From: the human T2T-CHM13v2.0 reference genome, Homo sapiens
Length of the DNA stretch: 64,000 nucleotides
Direction: 5' to 3' (one strand)
Assembly (NCBI RefSeq): GCF_009914755.1
Contig: NC_060929.1
A model generated the notes under the pieces. The model was not told the DNA's origin. It saw only the letters and a list, made by a program, of their open reading frames with translations, and searched no databases. Both the position numbers and the translations under genes were made by a program. Numbering within the stretch: position 1 is the first letter of the stretch; every line of letters starts with the position of its first letter. This document shows positions 1 through 11,689 of the stretch, piece by piece.

Positions 1-749
1 CTGCAGGCTGGTCTTGTTGCTACTTGGTGAAGTCAGGTGATTAAGAGTTCTGGGATCTCATCTGAGCTCTGTTGAGGAATTGCTGCTACCTATTCTATTT
101 TTAAATTCAAAAAATAATATGATCCTACAATCTAATTCTCTCATATAATTACTGAAACCAAATCAAAGCTCCAAGGAGATTATTTACTGCAAAGCAATGA
201 CGCTCCAGGGTGCCTTCAGGCAAACTTCAACACAGCAATCTATTCACCCTACAGTATTTGGGGAACAGTAGGCTCTCTCCTTCTCCCTTTTAAAAGCAAA
301 CAATTTCACTATCCATCAATCCCATAACAGAGGCCAGCAAAACATAAGCAGCTACTTGCAGCACGTTCCCTTAAAAGGTTCTACACAGATGTTGATTTTC
401 CTGAAAAAACAAACCAAACAAATCTCAGCCTGGACATTGACTGGCTGTTTGACTTGGCAGGTCTTCACTCTCTGCTCAAAAGAAAGGACTGACTCCTACC
501 GGTTCCAGGTTTCTTCTTTCTCTGCAAGTCTGGCTGTAATTTAGTGAGTCCTAATGATTAAAAAAAAAAAATTCTAACATTTTCAAGAATTGCTGCCTTA
601 GTCTCAGGAGGCTAGTTTTTCTATGAAGATCTGAGCTTGTGAATTTATATTCATGGCTAGAATATTATGAACCTGTTGGACAGGTGATTAATATACCAGA
701 TACAAGATTCCAGAGCAGGTATGTATATGTGAATAAATATAATGATAAT

Positions 750-995
750 GCTAATAGTAGTTAACACTTATTGAGTGCTTATAGTGTGCCTGACTTCGGG
801 CTAAGGGCTTTATCACAATATTTCATTTAATTTTGTAACAACCCTATGAGATAAATGTCATTATCATCCCCATTTTTCAGTTGGTGAATTTGAGGCTTTT
901 AGAGATTAAGCTGCCCAAGGTCCCAGAGACAGTAAAATGATGGAGGTAGAATTTGAAAACCTAGCAACTTGACACTAGTGCTCAACCATTTCACC
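750..995 (-). mobile_element. MIR SINE
   Basis: Reverse-complement MIR core: acttattgagtgctt...aaccctatgag...atccccattttt-cag...gcccaaggtc. Confidence 0.85.
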
Positions 996-1459
996 TCTTT
1001 TATAAAGTTCCACATCAGTGTTTCTTGGTTTCATATTTAAATACCGGAAAGGACTTTTAGTTACCACTTCTTAGAAGTTCAGGTGAACAGGGTTGGAAGA
1101 GGAGGAGATGGGAACACTTAACTAAAATGAGGTTGAAAGGTAACCTCTGAATTTCAGCTGATGTGTTTTTCCCTGTTTCAATTACCAGGAATAATCAGGA
1201 GAGGGTTGTAAAATGTGTTTTAAAGTGCTCCTATGTGAAAATCACCTGGAGAAACTGTTTCATCAGCAAAAGGAACAAGATGCTGATGCTTCAAGTGAAG
1301 GACTTAAGTTCAGATTTTAGAGCCCCAGCTGCACTCTCACCATTTCTCATTGCCCCTTTCTTTTGGGGCACATGTCATGTGGGCTGTCTGAGTAAGGGTT
1401 ATGTCACCCACAACAGAGGACTGCACAGTCTGACACTCCTGCCTTATTTGGATAGAATG

Positions 1460-1518
1460 TTTTCTTTTCTTTCTTTCTCTCTCTCTCTCTTTTTTTTTTT
1501 TTACTTTATTTTCTTTGA
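1460..1518. repeat. Pyrimidine-rich low-complexity tract, (TTTC)/(TC)/poly-T
   Basis: tttcttttctttctttctctctctctctc followed by a T run. Confidence 0.85.
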
Positions 1519-4500
1519 TATGGCATCAATTTTAAATCTTACATTTTGGCTATGGGCAACCTGGAAACAGCTGTGCAGACAAGGCAGGGAAGAGGAGAGT
1601 CCCTGCAGGTATATGCTTTGTTTCATGGCTGAATTGCTACCAAAACAGTCCTGGACACAGTGCCCTCAAATTATTTTTCTCTGAAACTGATTTTTCCAGT
1701 TAGTTCTGTACATTAGTTACAGAGTCCTATATTATTTTCCCCATAGGGCTTTCCTGCTCATGATTCCTAAACAAGCTGATAAAAACTCCATTTTCTCCAC
1801 AGAAATATTTAGGTTGTTGAGGCTTTCTCTTACCATAATTACTTCCTGAAATATGCAGTGGTCAATTTTTCCTGAATATTTTTACATTAAATTGGGCACC
1901 CAAAACTTGGCCCTAGGTATTTTCAGGTGGTAAAGCAGACTCCTGGCTCGAAAGAGCTGATTGGTTTCTATTACTTGCTTTCTGTATTGGCTTCTTATGG
2001 ATTTGATTTTAAAAAATCTCTCTCCCATTTAAAAATGTGGAACTCCATGTGAAAACCACGATTTCTTATGTCCTGTAGAATACAGCAACATTTACTAAAA
2101 GAAATCACTATTTCACTCCTCAACTAAGAACTTCAGGAATTGGGGCAGGTAAGGAGAAAGGTCTTGGCAATGTCAGTTTGATGAGAAATGAATTAATTCG
2201 ATTATTTTCATGGTGTGGATCAATAGCAGTCGGCCTCCACAGAGGTCCCTGGCCTGAAGGCAGCTGGATAATCAATAGGCTCACACAGAGGCGGCTCTCC
2301 TCCCCAGCAGCCTCTCTCATCTTTTCTGGGCGGGCTCTTCACGCCTGTGTAATTCTAATTTATGTCAACTAGAAATCAAAGAAATTCCAAGAGGCTTTGG
2401 TCATAGGACATTAGGGTGGACCTTTCACAATCTATTTATGTCTGTTCCTTAAGTAACGTGGCCCTCACAGCCCTCCAGGCGCCTCTACTGGCCAAGAAGA
2501 AAAAACCTCCCAGGAGAAGGGTAGCCATCTGCTCCGGGCCATGGCAGAGGCGTGGGGTTAGGTAAACCGAGGCACACTTTCTCTTTCCCATCTATAACTA
2601 TGCAGGGACATAAGAACCAAGCATTTTAAGCAAAATGCTTTGCCAAGAGTGGCTCCCTCAATAACGCTCTTTAATGATACCCCAGACGCTGGCATTTTCA
2701 AATCAAATGAACAGTGTATAAAATTAGTTCTGCATGAAGTTAAAAAAAAATAGAAAGTGAAAGGGAGCTTTTAAAAGCTCCAGCATTTCTCCATCCAACT
2801 GCTTTTCACAAGGGTTTGGCATTTGAGAATTGCTACGTTTATGATGTTATTCACTGCTCATAATTCAGGCCTGCATCTCCAAACTTCTGTATTAACACAC
2901 ACTGCAGAGGTTTCCACCACGACACTTTTATCACCGAGGCCTCGCAAACAGCCAGCCTGCCTCCAGTGAGGGCTGTTTTTTCCGCCAGTGCCAGGCCACA
3001 GTGCCTCCTCCCTTCTCATCAACCTTGTCACCCCAAACATTTTTCATTAACCTTGAACACTGCATTTCCATTTGCCCTACAGCTTTATCATGATTTTTTT
3101 TGGTCCTTTTTAGTTTTGTTCTCCATCCAAACTGCCTTATAAGAAAAAGAAAATATAATACAATTATAAGAAACAGATCTATAGAGAATCTAGAATTCAC
3201 TGAAGTCACAAAAATAATTTCTACGACCAAAGCCGCTGTTTATAATTGCGGAAAACAGAGGGAACATACTGCTCTTATTAGAGTGTCCCGTTGATTACAC
3301 AAGTATTTTTAAGTAAATCACCAGATAAATGTGAGTTAAGTTGATAGGTGATTTCGGGTCAACTCTAATTCCCAAGGTCAAGTAAGCCTTTGAACAGTCT
3401 TTAAGAATATAAGCTCACCCCAATTCATCAAAGCCGTCTCACACAGCGTTTTCTTCTCTTGGTTCTTACAATGCACTAAAGTTTAGGAGATTAAGTGGCG
3501 TCAGCTCCAAAACCCTCCAACATGCTTATCCATCCAGGAATCAGAAAAGCTACTCAAACAGGGGCTTCTTAATGCACTTCCTGACTTTACAACTGCCTGG
3601 GGAATGCTGCATTGTTGCACGACTGGAGGACTCCTCCCCAGGAATCACCAATGTTGCAGCCAAACATATTTACTGCAGTTTAGCTTAGCCCTTGTTTGAC
3701 AATCCAAGTACATGTTGCTTTCATCTGCAACGAATACGTTTAACTTTTCCCATTTGTTCTCTGCTAACCTAACCAAGAGAGACGGCGGGTGGGGGTCGTG
3801 GGGGGAAACACTGTTTTCCTACAACAAATACAATGCATTTTGTTATTCTTACAATTCCTCAAAAGGTGAAATGAGGAAAAAAGCATCAGTTTGGTAAAGT
3901 ATAGCCTCCAAATTAAATATAAGTGGCCCTCAATAAAACTGACTGTGAAAGAACATGCAACTAGAATGTTCTTTCTCAGAACCACAGGATCACGGAATGC
4001 CAGCGCAAGGACACACAGACTTCACAAACCACATCTCTCTCCAGTGCAGGGATCCTACTGACACCATTCCTGACCAAGGGGTTTGTTGAGTAGATGCTGA
4101 GGTTCCCTGCCTCCTCCACTGGCTCCACTGGTGTGCAGAAACAAGAGGAGAACTCTAATGGGTTTTCTTGGTGGTTAGCAGATTTGGTTAAGGTAGGGAG
4201 AAAAGTGACAGGGCCAAATTAATTTTGTTCTTTAATGCTTTGCTGGCACAGATGATCACAGACTGCCAGGAGATGGTGTATCTTCTTCTCCGTTCCCTAA
4301 TCATAGTTTTTCTGTTTCCTGTCTCTATTCTTATTTTTCACTATTATTTTGTTACTTTCTGTTACCCTAAGTACTTGAACAGTCTTATCTTCAACTCACC
4401 CTTTTCTCCCACTGCAAATCTTTCTGCATCCCTGTGCTGGAGTAAGATGGTTAATAAATTCATACCAAATACTAAGTGTCCTACGGAGGCATTAGTTTTT

Positions 4501-4737
4501 CCATTGCAAAGTGTGTAGAAAGTGTAATTACTGACATATTTGTATAAAAAATAATCTTAATTTTAAATTTAGGTGAGGAAAAAGCACAAAGGCAAAGCAT
4601 TCTCTAGTCTGAATTTATTTTTTTCCTTTCTTTTTAATTGTCTTTCAAAATGGGATAGTAGGCAATATAATTTTTTTTTCTCATTGGAAAATTCCAGTAT
4701 CACAACACAGGTTAATATAATGATATGGATGATAAGA

Positions 4738-4955
4738 CTAATCAGTAACAGAGCATTTTATATATAATAGACATTATTCTAAGTGCTTTATGTATGTTAA
4801 CTCATTCACATGCTCACAATTCTACAAGATAGGTACTAGTATCATCCTCATTTTGCAAACGAGGGAACAGGCACTGAGAGGTTAGTAACTGCCCGCGGTG
4901 ACACAACTAGTAAGTGCAAAGCCCAGATCTGAACCTGAACTCTGGCTCTCCGCAG
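4738..4955 (-). mobile_element. MIR SINE
   Basis: ctaagtgctttatg...atcctcattttgcaaacgagggaacaggcactgagaggttagtaactgccc...tagtaagtg. Confidence 0.85.
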
Positions 4956-6450
4956 ACCATACCGTTGCTACTAATTTCTTTTCTTTGTTACTCATATCTT
5001 CCTTTGAATCTTGATGGTAACTTAAAATCTGGAGATGGATGGCATGATACAAAATCTGAAAACTGAATAGCTACTTTAGATTTCCATCCAACTAAACCAA
5101 CAAGCAGGCTTTTCTGTGCAAGGCTTTACTTGTGCTTTGTGTGTGGTTTGGAACTGTCTTCCATCCTCACAGAGCCTCTCGTGTTTGGCTCTGAGCTGCT
5201 TTAAGTCTGAGGAAGCCAGACAGCAAGGCTGGGTCCAGCATCTCCCTGGGCTGCACTGCAGCAGGCTCTGACCAGACGGCGTCGTGCTGGAGCCAATGGG
5301 TTCTCAGAGTGGCTCTCTGGTTAGAGAAAGGATTCAGAGGCAGCCCAGGAAAAGGGCTAAAACCCTCAGGGATACAGCTAATCTGAATACTGTCTCTATT
5401 TAATTTTGGACTAATTTGCATTTGGGTAGAAAATAACCCATTTCTTAACTAAAAATCAGCAAAATGCTGGTCAGCAAATATGTCTGGAATAACATTCTCC
5501 TGTAGTAACTGTAACATACAACTTCTACAGTGTATCTCCGAAGATGGAGCTGATCTTAACCATCTAAAGATTACAGGTTAGAAATATGACAATTTCTGAG
5601 AATGGCTGCGGACACATATGTATGAATGTGTACATTTTGGTAGCTTTAGTTAGCATTCATGTGGCAGTTCCTTCTGCTGGAAGCTGAGGAGTTCTGCTGT
5701 CATTGATTCCTGTTTCTAGAGGACTATGCCTATGGTGGACCCTTTAACTTGTCTTAAAAGAAGTCATTTTAAAGTGGCAGGGTTAGCAGCGGCATTAGGT
5801 TGGTTAGTGGAAAGATTTGTGGGAGACTCGCAAGCCCCGGATCTCAGTGCTGTTGCTTAGTTACAAAGTAAGTCGCTTCTGGGCTGGGCTGAGAATATAT
5901 AATAACATTTCTCTAAACATAACTAGCTGGCAAAGGTCTCGTATAAGTTGGGATTCTAAAGTGTTTGGAGAAAAGAATTAGCCAATTAACAAAAAATCAC
6001 AAAGGACACAAGAGCTTTGGGCCATACTTCATTTGCCCCCACATTTGCTACATTTAGAAGATGCATGCCCTTTGAATGGCGTGTCTATTTAGTTTCACAT
6101 TATTTTGCTAGATTTGTTCCTAATCACCATTTACAAAAGTAGCACACATGTGTAAATTAGTACAAGATGGCGGCACTTTCTGAGCAAGTATCTGAACTGG
6201 ACCTTTTCCAAGGGAAGCAGTCCCCGTGGCCACAGACTGCCCCCTGGGTTGTGCCAGCAGCACTGGATACAGACTCCAAAGACCCGGCATGAAGTCTTGC
6301 CAGAGTATCCCGGGGCCACTGACTGGTCTTTCTGAGCCTCCATTTTCTCCCCTTCACAATGCAAATAACTATTTCTTAGACTTGTTATAGGTAAAACATG
6401 GAATAAACAAAGAAGAAAACACCTGTGGAGTGCCTGGTGTCCAGTATAGG

Positions 6451-6742
6451 TTTTTTTTGTTTGTTTGGGACACAGTCGTGCTCCGTCATCCAGGCTGAGG
6501 TGGTTGCGGCACAATCACGGCTCACTGCAACCTCGGCCTCTTGAGCTCAGGTGATCCTCCCACCTTAGCTTCCCGAGTAGCTGGGACTACAGGTGTGTGC
6601 CATTATGCCTGGCTGATTTTTTTTTGTTGGGGGAGAGGGGGATAGAGACAGGGTTTTCCCATGTTGTCCAGGCTGGTCTCAAATTCCTGGGCTCAAGTGA
6701 TCCTTCTGCCTTGGCCTCCCAATGTGCTGGGATTACAGGTGT
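6451..6742 (-). mobile_element. AluJ element, slightly 5'-truncated, with target-site duplication
   Basis: Poly-T followed by a dimeric Alu reverse complement with J-type gggctcaagtgatcc. Flanking repeats cagtatag(g/a)ttttt at about 6442 and 6743. Confidence 0.95.
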
Positions 6743-7410
6743 CAGTATAGATTTTTATTATCTGTTTTCTCAGTCTTCAAAGGGTCCCACGTTAAATGCT
6801 ACACCATTTCCTAAACTCATGCTCACATCCCTGGCTGGTTCTACAGGCCTTCCACCAGGACCTCTGGAACCACTTCTTATCATGTGCTGGGAGTGGCATC
6901 TGATGTATGGGGAGATGCAAATTCCCACATACCCCCTTACTGGCCCTTTGTTGGTCCCGAATGGCCAGAATACATAGATGTTCAGTACCAAAATTACACA
7001 CTTGTGAAAAACCAATTTGGCACTGTTCTTTCCACCTTTACTGTTGCTGGAAACTTGAAACCCAGAATACAATTTTACGGTTAGACCCTGCAAATTGCAG
7101 TTTGTCATGTAATCTTTTACATTTTGGTCCATGGACTTATGAATAGGATGCCAAACTCTAGTTGACTATGTATATGATTACTTTTTCTTTCTACTTAAGC
7201 ACAAAATTCATTATTAAGTGGGGAAATACAAAGATAATCTCAGATTAGTTTACAAAAGCAGGCAAACAATGCATAGCTATAATTGCATATATACATATAA
7301 AATGTATATATAATATATAATACACGGGGGTGGAGATAGAGAAGGAGAGAGGATATGACATCAAGCTATTAACTATACTGATATGTAGAAAGCAAACAAC
7401 TTGATAGTCA

Positions 7411-7418
7411 ACTCTTAC
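7411..7418 (-). promoter_or_regulatory. 5' splice donor GTAAGAGT
   Basis: AAA|GTAAGAGT on the minus strand directly after the K codon. Confidence 0.9.
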
Positions 7419-7561
7419 TTTATCACATCTCATCAGCCCCAAATATCTCAGAGACTTGCTGCTCTGTGCAATCAGGGTGGCTCCTTGGTCTGTGATTTCT
7501 TTACACCATCCGACATCCACAGTCTCTATTGTCATGCTGTATCGCCCAATGGCTATCAGTG
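7419..7561 (-). CDS. FBXL17: Internal coding exon (penultimate, probably exon 8) of F-box/LRR-repeat protein 17
   Basis: Minus strand reads polypyrimidine tract tttctctgcgtcccttcttgcAG|CA CTG ATA GCC ... TGT GAT AAA|GTAAGAGT. The exon is 143 bp, phase 1 to phase 0. Its translation (A)LIAIGRYSMTIETVDVGWCKEITDQGATLIAQSSKSLRYLGLMRCDK has LRR_CC motifs (vdvgwCkeITD, LrylglmrC) and is recognised as the FBXL17 C-terminal LRRs. Confidence 0.95.
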
Positions 7562-7598
7562 CTGCAAGAAGGGACGCAGAGAAAGCATTAATGTTAGC
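7562..7598 (-). promoter_or_regulatory. 3' splice site of the FBXL17 exon: branch point, polypyrimidine tract and AG
   Basis: Minus-strand GCTAAC (7593-7598) matches the yUNAy branch consensus about 32 nt upstream of CAG, with no intervening AG. Confidence 0.85.
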
Positions 7599-9499
7599 AG
7601 TGTAAGGGAGCTCTATCTTATTATGACTATTCATCTCATTTCCTCACTAAATTTGTTCCTGAAATTTTGTGTGTAAATGAACGTTTTATAAACTAAACTA
7701 AATTTGAAATGCTTTAGGAAAGCTTCCCTATGACAAACCCATTTGCAAAGTGAATAATCATTCCATAATTTCCCTTTCATTGGACACAACCTTTTATCAG
7801 TTTTATTCATTACAAGGTTACCTGTACTTTCAAACATTCAGCTCTGCAGAAGGAATAAATTAAAATGTATTACAGATACAACATTTAAAAAAACCCAAGT
7901 ACTAACTTAATTTTACCCAAGATAACTTTAATTTTTTTTTAAAGAAGAACCCACGTAAACACCATTTTGAGGAGTGTTATACTGCAAGTGAATGTCTTTA
8001 CCAATTGGCATAATTTTTTCCATCTGTTCATGACCTGTAAAATGTAAAAGTATAAAATATTTTTCACATTAGCGCTTCTTGGGACTGTTAGGAATTAAGA
8101 GTACATCATACATACTGCTGATTTTAATTGGTGCCATGCTAGAGTGCAGTAAACAGAATGCATTTGTTATGGTGAATTTCCTCATCCTATCAGAAGTCTT
8201 CCTTCTATTAACATACAAAATGAAGCCTGTCGTCTGTAAACTATGAGAGTATCTGTAGTCTTCTCGGCTGTTTAGCATTGTACCACCACTAAAGTGCAGA
8301 CACTTATCCCATAATCTATGATGTGCACTACTAATCACTGCAAAGTCCCATAACCCATCACCCCATCACAGCGACCAAGTGGTGAATGTGGCTCTTTTCT
8401 ACCGACTTTGATAAATGTGCCCACCTTTATATTTAAGGAGCCCAGAAAACAAATTTCAATACCCCAGCACCAGTTTATGGTGCACTGGTTTGTGAATCAA
8501 AACCCTGAAAACAGTGCCACAAATATCAAAAAGAAAAGAGAAATGGTTTTCTGATAATTTCCTCATTCTAAGATAGCATAAGTTGATTTCTGTGACAATA
8601 AAGGTGAATGATAGTTCCCAAAATGTGTTGACTAGATGGATAATTTAGAGTTAAGTACTCATGTTAACAAATGTTTACTCCTACAGCTCACAGAAGAGAA
8701 TATTTGGCAAAATCTTTCTTTGCTAATTACCTCAGTATTTTTTTTTTTTACTAGAAAACTCATGTCCGTACATTCCAGTAGGAAAGCACTCCCAAGTAGC
8801 CAGATATTTAATGTTTATAAAAACAACAATCATGATCCCAGTGTTTTCCAGTGAAAATACAATAGAGAGACAATTTTTTTAAAAAAAGTTCTCTATGTAC
8901 CAGTTTGTTAATGTTTTCATCTTTGTGCATGCTGTTTTGATATTTAAAGTTTTCCAAGGGGTTTGGGGGATTTGCCAACTACTAAAAGTTTGCAGAAATG
9001 GTCTGAATACTATTTTTGTATAGAAGGAGCAACATCCCAGGTTAATTTTGGTGTCTCTGACCTAAGAAAATTGTTCTCTCTGGTATCATCATGACTTTCA
9101 TTGGTTATGATATCCTGAAGATCTGCTAAGAAAAATGAAGTAGGGGATACATAAAATAAATCCCTTTTAATACAAAGTGCTCAAACTATGATTTCCAAAG
9201 ATGACAAAGCACCACTTGCAGGATGGCCTGAGGTTGGTAGATTTTGTGCAGTTGTTTCATTGAGGTCTGAGGCTAGAACACGAAAGCCCAGTGCTATCCA
9301 GAAAAGCCCTGGACTATCACAGCCTGCTTTATAAGCAGATAAAGAGTCAATAGCTATTGATTCTGGGTGGTAAAATCACTGATGTTTGAAGGCTTTTCTT
9401 TTGACTTAGTACTATTTACTGAAGTTAGAATGAAACTTTTTTATTTCTTAACTCATTCGTTTATTTAATAAGCACCTCGTGAGCTCTAGAGCATTTTTG

Positions 9500-9715
9500 C
9501 CAACATCTACTGACTACGTTCTATGTGCCAGGCCCTTGGCTAAGAATTTCAGGTGTATTGTCAGATTTATTACTAACTGCAACCCTATTAAGTCTTATTG
9601 TTATTTCCACTTTAATAATCAGGAAACGGAGTCACAGAGAGATTGAATAACTTTCCTAGTGTCACAAGATAGTAAGTGGGGGAGTGGATTTTAAGTTGGG
9701 AGCCAGCTCCCAGCA
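9500..9715 (-). mobile_element. MIR SINE
   Basis: ctatgtgccagg...ggaaacggagtcacagagagattgaataactttcctagtgtcaca. Confidence 0.8.
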
Positions 9716-9934
9716 GAATCATGGGGCAAGGCACCTGGTAGTTCTGATAGGCCATGCCACCAGTGGTGGAACTGCAGTGTGACATATTGGGCCTGTGTTG
9801 GCTACTGGGAATATAAGATTCATGGAGCTCAGAGGCCAGTTGAGTGGAGGTGGGGGGTGGGTGCGACGTGGGGTAGAAATAAGGAACAGCCCAGTAAACA
9901 GTCACAATCCAAGGCTTACCCCCCATCTCTTCCC

Positions 9935-10150
9935 TTTCCCAACTCCTTAGCTTTCAGATCTCAGGTCAAAGGTCAACTTCTCAGAACTGATCACCCTAGC
10001 ATTTATTGCTATTGGGAATGTTATTATTTGTTTACTTCTTTGTGGCCCACTCCCTCATTAGAACGACAGCTCCTATTCACTGCTGTCAATGCCCAGCACC
10101 TAGCACATGCCTCGTACAGAGAAGGTTCTTAAACATATCCATTGAATACA
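9935..10150 (+). mobile_element. L2 3' end fragment
   Basis: tattcactgctgt...cccagcacctagcacatgcct...attgaata, typical of the L2 tail. Confidence 0.7.
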
Positions 10151-10219
10151 GCAACAACTGTAACAGAGGCACGCTAAGGGGGTGTAAGAGCCCCCTCACG
10201 CTTCAGGGAAATGTGGATA

Positions 10220-10670
10220 CATCAGAAGCCCTCACAGAACAGCTGAGTTAGGTCTTGAAGGATGAGTAATGGTTTTCCAGATAAACAAAGGAGCAAGGAT
10301 AGGTATGCTGGGCAAAGGAAACAGCATGTGTGAAAGTAGAGATGAGAAAGGACAAGTGAGCCGCAGGTATTCTACGTGGCTGAAGTAAAAACAAGTACAA
10401 GAAAGTGGGAAGACTCATTTCAGAGAGATTTATTCAGTGATTAATGGCACTGGGGTAGGTATAAGAGACACAGAGTAACAAAACCAAGCAGAGTCCTTGA
10501 TGTTACGAAGTTTATAGTCTAGCAGAAGAGACAGATGTGAAACAAATAAACATGAAAGTAAACATAACTCTAAATTGTGACAAGTGCTCTGAAGGAAATG
10601 GACTGACCACTGTAGGACAGAACAACATTTAGCTGGGGGCTTCAGGGAGGGTCTCTCTGATGAAGTTACT
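10220..10670 (-). mobile_element. L2 fragments
   Basis: ggtcttgaaggatgagta...aaggaaacagcatgtgtgaaag and agtttatagtctagc...gacaagtgctctgaaggaaa...tcagggagggtctctctga. Confidence 0.7.
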
Positions 10671-10671
10671 C

Positions 10672-10825
10672 TTAATTCTTCCAACAGCTCTGCAGAACAA
10701 TAACCATTTCAGAGGTAAGAAAACAGAGGTTCAACAGCTCACCAAGGCCCAAAAATCTAATAAAGTGGCAGAACCAGGGTGCAAATTGAGGTTATTTGGC
10801 TCCAAGGCCAGTGCTTATTCTGTTG
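10672..10825 (-). mobile_element. MIR fragment
   Basis: cagaggtaagaaaacagaggttc...ccaaggccc...aagtggcagaaccaggg. Confidence 0.65.
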
Positions 10826-11039
10826 CAACAGCAGCACCTAGGGTGGGAGTAGAGCCCTGCATATGGTCAGAACGGATTTCTCTTTACCACTCAGGTAGCC
10901 AAGTATGTACCCTATGTCCAAGAGGCCTGAGGGAATCTTTTGATTCCAAAATATACAGCATGTAATTTGCCTCTCTTTGACTATATCATGTCCTTGGACA
11001 GTTTTTCATTGTTGTTTCACAAGCTAGCTATAAAACCTG

Positions 11040-11250
11040 TAATGTGGTCTAGTCTCAAGTTCGGTTCTAGCCTTACTACCTAGTAGATGTTTGACATCGG
11101 GATCACATTTAACTTTTCTGAGTCTCAGCGTCCTTACCTGGACAATGGGGAGGTTGATTATTTGTCCTGTCTACTTCATGAGATTGGTCTGTGGCTCAAG
11201 TGAGATGACAGATGTAAGGGACTTTGCACTACATAAATGTCATGATTTAT
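11040..11250 (+). mobile_element. MIR SINE
   Basis: cacatttaacttttctgagtctcag...acaatgggga...ctacttcatgag...atgtaagggactttg. Confidence 0.75.
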
Positions 11251-11689
11251 TTGATATTTCCCCAATCCATCCTACAGTTGTGTAGTTGCTATAAAATGAA
11301 AAGACTTGAAAGAATTTCGAAAAATAAAAAACTCTGGGCAAATGATAGCATTATATAAATACTTAGTCATTATGTCACTGCTAGAGTCTTGAACTGCCTA
11401 CTCTCTATCAGTGATCATAAACTTCTAGTCTGTACCTGGGCTGATAGGGCTGTAAATGTAATGTATCATTACTACCTTCATTAGAGGCTGTTGACACATT
11501 ACAATGGTATTTATTGAACCTTGAAAAGGGATAAATTATGCAAGACTAATTCCTAACTCCAATGCAATTTTAATATACTTTTTAATGTGCTAAGTGCAAC
11601 TAATGAAGAAAGTTAAATTTTAAAAAAGGTACACAAATTAAAAGCTGTAGTTCAGTAACTTGTGTGTTGATGAAGGGTATACACTAACC

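Larger units (their letters stand above)
1..7418 (-). other. FBXL17: FBXL17 last intron (partial; the terminal exon lies left of the window)
   Basis: Lies downstream of the donor at 7418. The expected terminal-exon peptide (VNEVTVEQLVQQYPHITF...) is not in the ORF track. Confidence 0.75.

Noticed and set aside
1163-1684. Longest ORF in the window (173 aa)
   Set aside because: Non-ATG start, runs through a low-complexity T/C tract and has no recognisable domain. It is likely a chance ORF.
6597-6977. Alu-containing ORFs (also 16722-17266, 25753-26052, 46363-46725, 57558-57871)
   Set aside because: These are typical Alu-derived translations with no coding evidence.
7562-7634. N-terminal part (MNSHNKIELPYT...) of the 129-aa ORF 7245-7634
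   Set aside because: It is intronic sequence spanning the branch point and polypyrimidine tract. LRR similarity begins only at the splice acceptor.
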